64,000 bases of DNA from Oscillospiraceae bacterium. Lineage in GTDB: Bacteria > Bacillota > Clostridia > Oscillospirales > CAG-272. Under the pieces are notes generated by a model. It saw only the letters and a list, made by a program, of their open reading frames with translations, did not search any database and was not told the DNA's origin. The position numbers and the translations under genes were made by a program. Position 1 is the stretch's first letter. The number at the start of each line of letters is the position of its first letter. Shown here one piece after another: positions 48,211-58,279 of the stretch. The stretch covers positions 33,253-97,252 of the forward strand of contig SVTG01000003.1 in the NCBI GenBank assembly GCA_015063895.1. The letters are read 5' to 3'.

Positions 48211-48244
48211 GATAGCACAATCATTTTTACGGAGGTACATAACC

Positions 48245-48415
48245 ATGGCTTACAAAATTACCGATGCCTGCATTTCCTGCGGCGCTTGCCAGCCCGAGTG
48301 CCCTGTTGAGGCGATCAAAGAGGGTGCCGACAAGTACGAGATCGACGCCGACCTTTGCATTGAGTGCGGTGCTTGCGAGGGTGCTTGCCCCGTTGGCGCT
48401 CCCCAGGCTGAGTAA
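48245..48415 (+). CDS. fdx: clostridial-type 2x[4Fe-4S] ferredoxin
   Basis: 56 aa with two CxxCxxCxxxCP motifs (CISCGACQPECP, CIECGACEGACP). RBS GGAGG. Confidence 0.9.
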   Translation: MAYKITDACISCGACQPECPVEAIKEGADKYEIDADLCIECGACEGACPVGAPQAE

Positions 48416-48433
48416 TCAGGCTTAAAAATGAAG

Positions 48434-48473
48434 AAGACTGGTTTTAAGCTACGGCTGCAAAACCAGTCTTTTT
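48434..48473 (+). terminator. rho-independent terminator
   Basis: AAGACTGGTTTT ... AAAACCAGTCTT followed by TTT. Confidence 0.65.
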
Positions 48474-48521
48474 CACTCATAGCCCCTTTACGTTTATAAA
48501 ACAAAAAGAAAGGAGCCTCCT

Positions 48522-49277
48522 ATGTGCGCCGAGATCCTGCTTGCCGACGGCGAGCGTCTTGACGAGGTCAACGAAAGCCTTGTCCTCATACAAAAGAAAA
48601 ACGCCCTGGCCTTTGGCACCGATGCCTTTTTGCTTTCGGCCTTTTTGCGCCCCGCTACGCGTGAGCGCGCGGTCGAGCTTGGGTGCGGCAACGGCATTAT
48701 TTCGCTTTTAGCCGCTGCACGGGGGCGTTTTTCACACATCACAGCGATAGAAATTCAAACACAAATGGCCGAGCTCGCCGCCCGCAACGTCACCTGCAAT
48801 CACTTAAACGAACGCATTTCGGTGCTTGAAAAGGACGTGCGCCTTTTAAACGCCGCTGCCCTTGGCGGCGAGGTCGGCGTGGTATTTGCCAATCCCCCCT
48901 ACATGCGCGCCGACAGCGGTGCCGCCTCGCCTTACGGCGCAAAGGAAACGGCGCGCCACGAGATCGAGGGCGGCATCAGAGAATTTGCCGCTGCCGCCGC
49001 ACGGTGCCTCAAATACGGCGGCCTGTTTTATACGGTTTACCGACCCGACAGGGCAGAAACGCTTTTCGCCGCCCTGCGGGAGCAGCGCCTGGCTCCCAAA
49101 CGCATGGTGCTGGTGCAGGATCACCCCGAAGCACCGCCCTCTATGCTGTTACTCGAAAGCAAGCTCGGTGCCGCCGAGGGTCTTGTGCTCCTACCCACGA
49201 TCTGCCTGCACGAAAAGCGCGGCGAAAAGGCGCTTTCGCACCGTGCCGCCGCTATTTACGAAACTGGCATTTTCTGA
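48522..49277 (+). CDS. tRNA (adenine-N6)-methyltransferase (YabB/TrmN6-like)
   Basis: ELGCGNG SAM motif and an FANPPY catalytic motif. Its position after yaaT matches the Bacillus yabB arrangement. Confidence 0.75.
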   Translation: MCAEILLADGERLDEVNESLVLIQKKNALAFGTDAFLLSAFLRPATRERAVELGCGNGIISLLAAARGRFSHITAIEIQTQMAELAARNVTCNHLNERISVLEKDVRLLNAAALGGEVGVVFANPPYMRADSGAASPYGAKETARHEIEGGIREFAAAAARCLKYGGLFYTVYRPDRAETLFAALREQRLAPKRMVLVQDHPEAPPSMLLLESKLGAAEGLVLLPTICLHEKRGEKALSHRAAAIYETGIF

Positions 49278-49313
49278 GCTTTTTCACTGTTTTTCAACAC
49301 CGTTACGGCACTT

Positions 49314-49883
49314 TTAACCGCCAACTCCCGTATATGACACGATCCCCTCATAGATGCCGCGCGCAAAAAGCTCAGGGCTTTCGTTCATCAGGCGCGCGTC
49401 GCGCGCGTTGGTGATAAACCCAAGCTCAAGCAACACCGCAGGCATCGCCGTGCGTTTTAACACATACAGGGAAGGACGTGCAAACACGCCGCGTGTGGCA
49501 AGCCCCGTGCTCTCCTGCAGGCCTGCCAGCATTGCCTCGGCAAGATCGGCCGCACGCGTGCCGAGCGCATAAACAAAGGCCTCGCTGCCCGTGGCAGCCG
49601 CCAGCTCCGAGGCGTTGGTGTGCAGACTGATAAAATAATCCGCCCCCCACGCATTGGCCTCCTCGGTGCGCACACGCAGGCTACCGGCATTTGAGGTGCC
49701 AAGCTGCGTTTCGGGCGTCGGGCGAGAAAGCCTGACCTCAAAATTGCCGTTTTGCCGCAAAAGCGTTGCCAGCTCCTGCCCGATACGGTATACCAGATTT
49801 TGCTCACGAAGCCCGTTTCCCTCCGCCCCTGCGTTGGGATTGACGGGATTATGTCCCTGATCGATATAAATTTTTATCGCCAT
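49314..49883 (-). CDS. N-acetylmuramoyl-L-alanine amidase (Amidase_3, CwlD-like)
   Basis: IYIDQGHNP, SLHTNA and LLELGFITN motifs. Start is the ATG at 49883, after GGGGAG. Confidence 0.85.
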   Translation of the reverse strand: MAIKIYIDQGHNPVNPNAGAEGNGLREQNLVYRIGQELATLLRQNGNFEVRLSRPTPETQLGTSNAGSLRVRTEEANAWGADYFISLHTNASELAAATGSEAFVYALGTRAADLAEAMLAGLQESTGLATRGVFARPSLYVLKRTAMPAVLLELGFITNARDARLMNESPELFARGIYEGIVSYTGVGG

Positions 49884-49961
49884 ACGCACTCCCCTTTTCA
49901 AATCACTATCCCCATTTTATGATACTTCACCGCGCGGTGCCACCGCAGAAAAGGAGCCACT

Positions 49962-50834
49962 ATGTCAAGTGAAGAAAAAAACCGCATCGTTGGCGGCACA
50001 CTCTATCTCGTAGCCACGCCCATCGGCAATCTCGCCGACCTCTCTCCCCGTGCACAAAAAACGCTGGCCGAGGTCAGCTTTATCGCCGCTGAGGATACGC
50101 GCAATACCGCCAAGCTCTTGGCGGCCTTTGATATGGCAAAGCCCCTTGTTTCCTATCACGACCACAACCGTCGCGAGCGCGGCCCCCAGATCGTTTCACG
50201 TCTTTTGGAGGGTGAGAGCTGTGCACTGGTCACCGATGCGGGCACCCCCGCCATCAGCGATCCGGGCGAAGACCTTGTGGCGCTTTGCGCCAAGGCCGGT
50301 GTGCCCGTCACCTCGGTGCCGGGCTGCTGTGCAGGCATCACGGCCCTCGCGCTTTCGGGCCTCCCCACGGCAAGATTTTGCTTTGAAGGCTTTTTGCCGC
50401 GCGACAAAAAGGAAAAGTCAGCACGCCTTGAGGCGCTTGCTGGCGAAGCACGCACGATGATCCTGCATGAGGCACCCCACCGCCTGCGCGACACCTTAAA
50501 GGAGCTTTGTGAGGCACTGGGCCCCACGCGCGACGTTGCCCTTTGCCGTGAGCTCACCAAACGCAACGAGGAGATCCTGCGCACCACGCTTGAGGGCGCG
50601 ATCACGCATTACACCGCAAACGACCCACGCGGAGAATACGTGCTGATCCTGGCGGGCAGCACCGAAGCCCCCAAGGTGGCTGAATCCACACCGCTTCTGT
50701 CACTCGCCCCCGCCGACCACGTGTCATATTATGAAAAGCAGGGGCTTGCACGTATGGACGCCATCAAGAGGGCCGCAAAGGAGCGCAGTATGCAAAAAAA
50801 TGAGCTCTATCGCCTGTTACATCAAGAAAAATAA
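49962..50834 (+). CDS. rsmI: 16S rRNA (cytidine1402-2'-O)-methyltransferase
   Basis: Motifs LYLVATPIGNLADLS, AEDTR and DAGTPAISDPG. Confidence 0.9.
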   Translation: MSSEEKNRIVGGTLYLVATPIGNLADLSPRAQKTLAEVSFIAAEDTRNTAKLLAAFDMAKPLVSYHDHNRRERGPQIVSRLLEGESCALVTDAGTPAISDPGEDLVALCAKAGVPVTSVPGCCAGITALALSGLPTARFCFEGFLPRDKKEKSARLEALAGEARTMILHEAPHRLRDTLKELCEALGPTRDVALCRELTKRNEEILRTTLEGAITHYTANDPRGEYVLILAGSTEAPKVAESTPLLSLAPADHVSYYEKQGLARMDAIKRAAKERSMQKNELYRLLHQEK

Positions 50835-50843
50835 CAAAAGCTC

Positions 50844-50872
50844 TTGATTTTTACTATTTTTTATGCTACAAT
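50844..50872 (+). promoter_or_regulatory. SigA-type promoter, TTGATT-17-(TGc)TACAAT
   Basis: TTGATT at 50844-50849, a 17-nt spacer, then TACAAT at 50867-50872. Confidence 0.5.
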
Positions 50873-50908
50873 TTTTTTATTATTCTATTTCCTAAAAGGA
50901 GAACGTCC

Positions 50909-51985
50909 ATGGAAAAACGCAAGGTCGGCGTCATTGGCGCCACGGGTATGGTAGGACAGCGCTTCCTTACCCTGCTTGATGATCACCCCTATTTTGAAGT
51001 AACCGCGCTCGCCGCCTCCGCACGCTCGGCAGGCAAGCCTTATCGCGAGGCCGTTGGCAGCCGTTGGAAATTGAAGACTCCGATGCCCGCTTATGCCGCT
51101 GATATGATCGTACACGATGCCGCTAACATTGAGGAAATGAAGGCGCTCTGCGACATGGTCTTCTGCGCCGTAGATATGAAAAAAGAGGATATCCGTGCTC
51201 TTGAAAACGCCTATGCACAGGCCGAGATCCCCGTGGTATCCAACAACTCTGCACACCGTTGGACGCCCGACGTACCGATGGTGATTCCCGAGATCAACGA
51301 CAGCCACCTTGCCGTGATCGAGGCACAGAGAAAGCGTCTTGGCACCAAGCGCGGCTTTGTCGCCGTCAAGCCCAACTGCTCGATCCAGTCCTACGTGCCT
51401 GCCCTGACCGCCCTTCTTGAGTTTGAGCCCTACGAGGTGGTTGCCACCACCTACCAGGCGATCTCGGGCGCCGGCAAGACCTTTAACGAATGGCCCGAAA
51501 TGATCGACAACGTCATTCCCTTTATCGGCGGCGAGGAGGAAAAGAGTGAGCAGGAGCCCCTGCGCGTCTGGGGCGAGGTCAAGAACGGTGAGATCGTCAA
51601 AAAGGAAGGCATCACCATCACCACCCAATGCATTCGCGTGCCCGTGACCGACGGCCACACTGCCGCTGTGTTTGTAAAATTCCGCAAAAAGCCCACCAAG
51701 GAGCAGATCCTTGCCGCTTGGAAGAGCTTCAAGGGCAAGCCCCAGGACCTGGGCCTCCCGCACGCACCCGCACAGTTCATCACCTACTTTGAGGAGGATA
51801 ACCGTCCTCAGGCAGCTCTTGACCGCGACATTTACGGCGGCATGGGCGTGACCGTGGGGCGTCTGCGCGAGGACAGCGTTTACGACTATAAGTTCGTTGG
51901 TCTGTCGCACAACACCCTGCGCGGTGCCGCAGGCGGTGCCGTACTGATTGCCGAGCTTCTGCACAAGGAAGGCTATTTCGACTGA
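50909..51985 (+). CDS. asd: aspartate-semialdehyde dehydrogenase
   Basis: VGVIGATGMVGQRF, active-site NCS (KPNCSIQS) and a C-terminal HNTLRGAAG. Confidence 0.95.
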   Translation: MEKRKVGVIGATGMVGQRFLTLLDDHPYFEVTALAASARSAGKPYREAVGSRWKLKTPMPAYAADMIVHDAANIEEMKALCDMVFCAVDMKKEDIRALENAYAQAEIPVVSNNSAHRWTPDVPMVIPEINDSHLAVIEAQRKRLGTKRGFVAVKPNCSIQSYVPALTALLEFEPYEVVATTYQAISGAGKTFNEWPEMIDNVIPFIGGEEEKSEQEPLRVWGEVKNGEIVKKEGITITTQCIRVPVTDGHTAAVFVKFRKKPTKEQILAAWKSFKGKPQDLGLPHAPAQFITYFEEDNRPQAALDRDIYGGMGVTVGRLREDSVYDYKFVGLSHNTLRGAAGGAVLIAELLHKEGYFD

Positions 51986-52008
51986 TCGAAGATGCCATAA
52001 GACGAAAA

Positions 52009-52059
52009 GGGGGTGAGTCAAATGCAAAAATGCATTTGGTACTCACCCCCGTCGTTTTT
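52009..52059 (+). terminator. rho-independent terminator of asd
   Basis: GGGGGTGAGT (52009-52018) pairs with ACTCACCCCC (52041-52050). The loop contains a nested palindrome, and TTTTT lies at 52055-52059. Confidence 0.7.
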
Positions 52060-52333
52060 GCTTTGCGGCTAAACACCGCAATTTTTGCCTGTTTTGCAGG
52101 CAAAAACCGCAAATTCCGCGCGCCAAAAAAGCCTACCGTCGGCTTTTTTGCGCAGGGACTGCGTAAATGACGCAGCCCCTCTTTGCTTTCCCCCTTTTAG
52201 TTCAGATCTTTCTTCTCTTTGTACCGTATCACCCCCTTGCTTTCACGACACCGCACAAAACAAAAAGGGCCTCTCCCATTTTTGAAAAGTTTTCGGTAGA
52301 GGGTGGTGAATTTGTTTGCCCGTGGGCAAACAA

Positions 52334-52377
52334 AGAGCAGGGAGACCCCATTTTCCAAAAGGGGGTCTCCCTGCTCT
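52334..52377 (-). terminator. terminator hairpin downstream of the NUDIX gene
   Basis: 16-bp stem AGAGCAGGGAGACCCC / GGGGTCTCCCTGCTCT. On the minus strand it is followed by TTTGTTTG. Confidence 0.65.
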
Positions 52378-52386
52378 CTTATTTTG

Positions 52387-52812
52387 TCATTTGATCTCAA
52401 ACGTCAGATGCTGCATGCGCTCCATCGCGGCGCGAAATACAGTCTTATCGTTTTCGTGCGTCAGGCACTGCTCTGCCTCGTCAAGCGGCACCCACTCAAC
52501 CTCAGCAATCTCACCCTCGCGGGCCTTGATGCTTTCGTCGGTGGTAAAGGCGAGGAAATACACGACCTCCTTCATCACACCGGGTGAAGGACTGTAGCTG
52601 ACGGTTGCGCGGAAATCCGAAATGATCGCGATACGGGAGGAGGTCTCCTCCATCACCTCGCGCAGGGCCGTTGCATATTCCGTCTCGCCTGCCTCCATAT
52701 GTCCCTTCGGAAAGGAGCGATGGCCGCCCGCCTTATGGCGTATCATCAAAATGTAATACTTTTCTCCTTCGCGGCGCACCACCAGTGCGCCGCAAGATTT
52801 TTCCCAAGTCAT
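52387..52812 (-). CDS. NUDIX hydrolase
   Basis: Nudix box GHMEAGETEYATALREVMEETS. Start is the ATG at 52812, after AAGGAGG. Confidence 0.85.
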   Translation of the reverse strand: MTWEKSCGALVVRREGEKYYILMIRHKAGGHRSFPKGHMEAGETEYATALREVMEETSSRIAIISDFRATVSYSPSPGVMKEVVYFLAFTTDESIKAREGEIAEVEWVPLDEAEQCLTHENDKTVFRAAMERMQHLTFEIK

Positions 52813-52849
52813 TAAAAACCTCCTTTGGCAAGAAACGGCGTGAGCTATC

Positions 52850-55702
52850 TCACTGCTCAATTTCCTCCATCACAAAGGCCTCCAGCACGTCGCCGACCTT
52901 AATATCGTTAAAGCGGTCAAGCGCAATGCCGCATTCATAACCGTCGGAAACCTCCTTGACGTCGTCCTTGAAGCGACGCAAGGATGCGATCTTATCCTCA
53001 AAGATCACAATGCCGTCGCGCACCACGCGGATCTGCGACTGACGGGTGATCTTACCGTCCTGCACGTAGGAGCCGGCGATAAAGCCAACATTGGGGACAT
53101 GAATGGTCTGGCGAACCTCGGCGTGACCGAGCACGTTTTCGCGGAACTTGGGTGCCAGCATACCCTTCATAGCCGCCTCGATCTCCTCGATGCACTCGTA
53201 AATGATACGGTACGTGCGGATATCTACGTTCTGACGCTCGGCAGAATCGATCGCCGCCTTATCGGGACGGACGTTAAAGCCAACGATAATGGCATTGGAG
53301 GCAGCGGCCAACATAACGTCGCCCTCGATGATGCCACCGACGGCAGCGTGGATCACGCGTACCTTGACCTCTTCGTTGGTCAGCTTTTCAAGCGACTGCT
53401 TTACAGCCTCGGCAGAGCCTGCCACGTCAGCCTTCACGATAATATTGAGCTCCTTGACGCCCTCGGAGATCTGTGCAAACAGGTCGTTGAGGTTGGCACG
53501 GGCATTGGCCTTAAAGCCCTCCTCCTTGGCTTTGTCGCGGCGCTGATCGGCAAGGGTTCTTGCCATGCGCTCGTCTTCAACGGCGGCAAACTCGTCACCT
53601 GCCTCGGGAACCTCGGCAAGACCGACGATCTCAACGGGCACGGAGGGGCCTGCCTCCTTCACGATACGGCCGGTATGATCGCACATCGTACGCACACGGC
53701 CAACGGCAGTGCCGGCAATCACGATATCACCGTTATGCAGCGTACCGTTTTGCACCAGGACCGTAGCAACGGGACCGCGTCCGCGGTCAAGCTTGGACTC
53801 AATGATAATACCCTTGGCGCGGCGGTCGGGATTGGCCTTAAGCTCCTTCATATCCGCTACCAGCAGTACGTTTTCAAGCAGAGTATCAATGCCCTCGCGC
53901 TTCAAGGCCGAGATCGGCACGCAGATCACGTCGCCGCCCCACTCCTCGGGCACCAGGTCATATTTGGTCAGCTCCTGCTTGATGGCGTCGGGATTGGCAC
54001 CCGGCTTATCCATCTTATTGATCGCTACGATAATATCGATTTCAGCCGCCTTGGCATGGTTGATAGCCTCAACGGTCTGGGGCATGATGCCGTCGTCGGC
54101 AGCCACGACCAGAATGGCAATATCGGTTGCCTTGGCACCGCGTGCACGCATGGCGGTAAACGCCTCGTGACCGGGGGTATCCAGGAAGGTAAGGTCACGC
54201 CCGTCAACCTTGACGCGGTATGCACCGATATGCTGCGTAATACCGCCTGCCTCGCCTGCGGTCACGTTGGTGTGACGAATGGCGTCAAGCAAGGAGGTCT
54301 TACCGTGGTCAACGTGACCCATGACACATACAACGGGTGCACGGTCAAGCAGCTCGTCGGCGGTGTCCTCGGTATCGTCAAACAGCTTCTCCTCAATGCT
54401 GACAACGACCTCCTTGGTTGCCTCGACACCGAGCTCGGAAGCGATCAGGAAGGCAGTATCAAAATCAATGGTCTGATTCAAGGTCACCATCATACCCATC
54501 ATCATCAGCTTTTTCACGACCTCAGCAGGGGCGATCTTCATGCGCGAAGCAAATTCGCTGACAGTGATCTCCTCGGGAATGGTCACGTGCAGTGCCTGCT
54601 TCGTGGCAGGTGCGGAGGACTTGCGAGCCCCCTTCTTACCCGAGGTAAAGGCATGCGTGCCGATCTGCTGCTTTTTCACGCGCTGGTTGCCGCCGCGGGC
54701 ATCACGCACAGCGTCGGGCACAAAGGTGTCAAGACGCTCATCGTATTTGGAAAGGTCAACGCTTGACCCGCGCATATCTACCACGCGCGTGGTGCGTGCC
54801 TGCTTGGTTGCCTCGGTGCCCTTGGGCGTCTGGCCACGGGTGATGACGGTCGGATGGAACTGCTCGCGCACGATACGTCCGCCGCCCTCGTCCTTATCAC
54901 GGAAGCCGCCGTTTACGGCGCCACCGCGATTTTGCTGGGGCTTTTGTCCGCGCTTATCGTCGCGTCCAAACGGGCCTTGTGCAAACTGCGGCTTGACTGC
55001 TGCTGCAGAAGTGCCGCCACGGGGTGCAAAATCGGGGCGTGCAAAGCGATCGCTTGCAGGCCTGTCGGCACCGGGGCGCGCTGCTTGTGCGGCGGGCTTG
55101 CCCTGTGTCAAAGATGCATCGCGACGGGGCTGTGCTGCGGGCGCCGCCTGACGGGTGGCACCAATGGTAGCACGCAGATTCTGCGGAATATTGTAGGTGC
55201 GGGGGGCTGCGGGGCGCTGCGACGGGGCGGCCTGTTCCTCAGCCTTTGCCGCAGGCGTCTCGACCTTCGCAGTCTTCTTTTCGGGGGCAACCTCTTTGGA
55301 AGTGGGAGTAGGAGCAGTCTCCGTCTTCGGTGCGGACTTCACCTCGGGCGCTGCTTTTTCTTTTACGGCAGGCTTTTCCTCGGCTACGGGCTTTTGTGCC
55401 TCGGCCTTTTCGGACGTTGCAGGTGCTACGGGCGGTGCCTTAGCCTCTTCCCCGTCCTTTTCCTGCTTTTTGGCAGCAGGAGCTGCCGCAACGGTGGGAA
55501 TATAGGTATCGCCGAACAAATAGCCGTCGATATCCACCACCTGCTTCTCGCGTGTGAGCGCGTCAAAAACAATGTCAAATTCCTTCGCATCAAGCGATTT
55601 TGACGTCGTTTTACATTCAAGACCCTTTGCGGTCATCAATTCGGTAATTTGTTTACTTTTAATACCAAAATCCTTTGCTAACTGTGCAACCTTAAATGCC
55701 AT
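52850..55702 (-). CDS. infB: translation initiation factor IF-2
   Basis: [14 protein letters not shown] and DTPGHEAF motifs, with a long Ala/Pro/Lys-rich N-terminal region. Start is the ATG at 55702, after AAGGAGG. Confidence 0.95.
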   Translation of the reverse strand: MAFKVAQLAKDFGIKSKQITELMTAKGLECKTTSKSLDAKEFDIVFDALTREKQVVDIDGYLFGDTYIPTVAAAPAAKKQEKDGEEAKAPPVAPATSEKAEAQKPVAEEKPAVKEKAAPEVKSAPKTETAPTPTSKEVAPEKKTAKVETPAAKAEEQAAPSQRPAAPRTYNIPQNLRATIGATRQAAPAAQPRRDASLTQGKPAAQAARPGADRPASDRFARPDFAPRGGTSAAAVKPQFAQGPFGRDDKRGQKPQQNRGGAVNGGFRDKDEGGGRIVREQFHPTVITRGQTPKGTEATKQARTTRVVDMRGSSVDLSKYDERLDTFVPDAVRDARGGNQRVKKQQIGTHAFTSGKKGARKSSAPATKQALHVTIPEEITVSEFASRMKIAPAEVVKKLMMMGMMVTLNQTIDFDTAFLIASELGVEATKEVVVSIEEKLFDDTEDTADELLDRAPVVCVMGHVDHGKTSLLDAIRHTNVTAGEAGGITQHIGAYRVKVDGRDLTFLDTPGHEAFTAMRARGAKATDIAILVVAADDGIMPQTVEAINHAKAAEIDIIVAINKMDKPGANPDAIKQELTKYDLVPEEWGGDVICVPISALKREGIDTLLENVLLVADMKELKANPDRRAKGIIIESKLDRGRGPVATVLVQNGTLHNGDIVIAGTAVGRVRTMCDHTGRIVKEAGPSVPVEIVGLAEVPEAGDEFAAVEDERMARTLADQRRDKAKEEGFKANARANLNDLFAQISEGVKELNIIVKADVAGSAEAVKQSLEKLTNEEVKVRVIHAAVGGIIEGDVMLAAASNAIIVGFNVRPDKAAIDSAERQNVDIRTYRIIYECIEEIEAAMKGMLAPKFRENVLGHAEVRQTIHVPNVGFIAGSYVQDGKITRQSQIRVVRDGIVIFEDKIASLRRFKDDVKEVSDGYECGIALDRFNDIKVGDVLEAFVMEEIEQ

Positions 55703-55813
55703 AAATCCTCCTTGCCTTCCGCAGTCCGTGCGGAACACTCTTCCAAAGTGTTGTGTTCATTCAGCGTTCATCGCGCCCACGCGGGCGCCCGTATATCAAA
55801 CGGTAAAAATTGC

Positions 55814-56155
55814 TTAAAGCGAAATGTGATACAGTGCTGCGATCGCGGCAGCCAGATTTTCATCAAGCACCGCCACAGCACCAACGGGTGCCGTTTTACC
55901 CACGGCAGCACCCAACGCCGCAGCGTTCATACACAGGCGCTGTAACGGCACGCCGTAATAGGCGGTGCGGTCGGTGATACGCTTGTGAGTATTGGGCGAG
56001 GTATCGGCGGCCTCCAGCACGATATAACGCTTGTTTTTCGCACCGTTATGGGCCTTTTTCAACGTTTCACACACCAATGGCACGCCGATGGCGGCAGCAC
56101 GGGCACGCACGGCAAAGCCAAGCAGACCCAGCGCCTTTTTTTCAATTTCATTCAT
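55814..56155 (-). CDS. ylxQ: L7Ae/L30e-family RNA-binding protein (YlxQ-like)
   Basis: 113 aa, located between ylxR and infB as in the Firmicute nusA-infB operon. The sequence pattern is L7Ae-like. Confidence 0.75.
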   Translation of the reverse strand: MNEIEKKALGLLGFAVRARAAAIGVPLVCETLKKAHNGAKNKRYIVLEAADTSPNTHKRITDRTAYYGVPLQRLCMNAAALGAAVGKTAPVGAVAVLDENLAAAIAALYHISL

Positions 56156-56432
56156 GGGCGATCAGTTCCTCTTGCATGGCGGCATAAACCTCAGCAGGGA
56201 TCTCACACATAAGATTACGTGCAAGACGCCCCGAGCGCTGCGCCTTCATCAGGCACGTGCCGCTTTTACAAATATACGCACCGCGCCCCGATTTCTTGCC
56301 GGTAAAGTCAAGCGACACCGCACCGTCAGGGGCACGCACGACGCGCAAGAGCGTATTTTTGGGAAAATGTCCGTTGCAGCCAAGGCATTGACGCTCGGGC
56401 ATTTTTTTCATCTTTTTGTCCATTTTTAACAC
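56148..56432 (-). CDS. ylxR: YlxR/RnpM family (DUF448) RNA-binding protein
   Basis: The motif PERQCLGC...K..LLRVV and its position directly downstream of nusA. Confidence 0.85.
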   Translation of the reverse strand: MLKMDKKMKKMPERQCLGCNGHFPKNTLLRVVRAPDGAVSLDFTGKKSGRGAYICKSGTCLMKAQRSGRLARNLMCEIPAEVYAAMQEELIAHE

Positions 56433-56442
56433 CGTTCAAGGG

Positions 56443-57486
56443 TTATTCTGCTTTAATATCGATCTTGAAGCCCGTCAGCCTTGCCGCAAGACGTGCATTC
56501 AGACCCTCACGGCCGATGGCCAAAGAAAGCTGATCGGGATCTACCAGCACGCGGCAGGTGCGTTCACCCGTAAGCTCGACCGACAGCACGCGTGCAGGAG
56601 CAAGCGCGGCGGCAATAAACTCCTCGGGCGTTTCGCTATAAGGGATAATATCGATCTTCTCACCGCGCAGCTCCTCAACGATCCCGCCGATACGCATACC
56701 GCGGTTACCGATGCAGGCACCGATGGGATCCACGTTCTCATCACGGGAATATACGGCAACCTTGCTGCGCACGCCCGCCTCACGCGAAACGCTCTTGATC
56801 ATCACGACACCGTCGGTGATCTCGGGGATCTCCAACTCAAACAGGCGGCGCACAAGACCCGAATGCGAGCGAGAAAGCGTGACCAGAGGTCCGCGCGATT
56901 CCTTGTTGACCTCCATAACGAACACCTTGATACGGTCGTCGACCTCAAAGGTCTCACCGGGGATCTGCTCACCCTTCAGGAGCACGGCACGGCCCGTGCC
57001 GGTTTCCAGCACCACGTTGCCGTTCACGGGATCGATCTTGCTGACCGTTGCCGTAATGATCTCCTCGCGCTGGCTCTCGTATGCCTCCTGCATCACGCGG
57101 CGCTCACCCTCGCGAATGCTCTGGATAATGACCGATTTTGCAGCGGCAGTAGAAAGGCGGCGGAAGTTTTCGGGCTTGACCTTGATCTCGATGAGCTTGC
57201 CGAGTGTGTAGCGCTTATTAAGGGCCTTTGCGTCCTCAAGCGAGATCTCGGTCTCGGGATCGGTAACGGTCTGCACAACGGTCTTTTGCTGGAACACGCG
57301 CACGTCGTCCTTTTCAAAATCAAACATAATTCTCACGTTGGCGCCCGCACCGTATTCCTTGTGGTAGGCGGCCACGAGAGCGGCCTCAATTTTTTCAAGC
57401 ATGTACTCCTTAGGAATACCCTTTTCCTTCTCGAGAAGATCGAGTGCGTTCAGGAAGGATTCCTTGCTGCTTTTTTTCGTGCTCAT
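56443..57486 (-). CDS. nusA: transcription termination/antitermination factor NusA
   Basis: N-terminal domain, S1 domain and two KH domains (CIGNRGMRI, AIGREGLNARLA). Confidence 0.95.
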   Translation of the reverse strand: MSTKKSSKESFLNALDLLEKEKGIPKEYMLEKIEAALVAAYHKEYGAGANVRIMFDFEKDDVRVFQQKTVVQTVTDPETEISLEDAKALNKRYTLGKLIEIKVKPENFRRLSTAAAKSVIIQSIREGERRVMQEAYESQREEIITATVSKIDPVNGNVVLETGTGRAVLLKGEQIPGETFEVDDRIKVFVMEVNKESRGPLVTLSRSHSGLVRRLFELEIPEITDGVVMIKSVSREAGVRSKVAVYSRDENVDPIGACIGNRGMRIGGIVEELRGEKIDIIPYSETPEEFIAAALAPARVLSVELTGERTCRVLVDPDQLSLAIGREGLNARLAARLTGFKIDIKAE

Positions 57487-57522
57487 GATTTTATCCTTTC
57501 GTTATATGTATACTTTTCTTTT

Positions 57523-57990
57523 TTAAAATTCAAAAACAGTTTGCAGCTTAGCCACGGCACTGCGGTCAAAGGCAAGAACCTCACCCTCAACCTCGACGAG
57601 CACGCGGTCTGCCTCGTCGCGCCCCACCAGAATGCCGCTGATGGATTTTTGACCGTTAATGGGTGCAAAAAAGCGCACCTCAACCGTCTCACCCACCGAC
57701 AGATCAATATGCATATCGGTGCGCAGATCACGCTCGATACCGGGCGAGCTGACCTCAAGGTCATAGGAGGTTTCAATCGGATCCGCCTCGTCAAGCACAG
57801 GGTCGATGGCGCGATGCATACGCTCACAGTCGTCAATGGTGATGCCCTCGTCGTTGTCGATCGTCACACGGAGCACGCGGCGCGCGCCCTCCTTTACGAA
57901 CTCAACGTCCCAGAGCAAAAGGCCCAGCTCCTGTGCTACGGGGGTAATGAGCTCGCGCACGGTTTCGGCAATATTTTTTGCTGTTGCCAT
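57523..57990 (-). CDS. rimP: ribosome maturation factor RimP
   Basis: 155 aa. It is the first gene of the rimP-nusA-infB operon and carries an LEVSSPGIERDL motif. Confidence 0.9.
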   Translation of the reverse strand: MATAKNIAETVRELITPVAQELGLLLWDVEFVKEGARRVLRVTIDNDEGITIDDCERMHRAIDPVLDEADPIETSYDLEVSSPGIERDLRTDMHIDLSVGETVEVRFFAPINGQKSISGILVGRDEADRVLVEVEGEVLAFDRSAVAKLQTVFEF

Positions 57991-58214
57991 GTGGCACCTC
58001 CTTTATTTTAGCGCAGATTTTTCTTGGCAAAGAAGAAGAGCAGGTCAACCAACCTGCTCCAACCCACTATCCATACTGCCAACAGTATAGCATACTTTTT
58101 ACCGTTTTGCAATAGCGTATGCAAATTTTTTTAAAGTTTTTACCAAAAAAACAAAAAACGCCGGAAATATTTGGGCATTCTTCGCTTTTTTTCACAAATC
58201 TATCAGCTACTGTG

Positions 58215-58243
58215 TTTACAACCGTCAAAATGTATGTTATAAT
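58215..58243 (+). promoter_or_regulatory. SigA-type promoter, TTTACA-17-(TGt)TATAAT
   Basis: TTTACA at 58215-58220, a 17-nt spacer, then TATAAT at 58238-58243. Confidence 0.55.
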
Positions 58244-58279
58244 ATAAAATTAGAGAAATATTTTTAAAGGAGAAACGCC

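Noticed and set aside
52167-52394. 75-aa ORF in the asd/NUDIX intergenic region (and its neighbours 52085-52285 and 52197-52400)
   Set aside because: It has no Shine-Dalgarno sequence. It runs through two terminator hairpins and into the 3' end of the NUDIX gene. It is more likely non-coding structured DNA.
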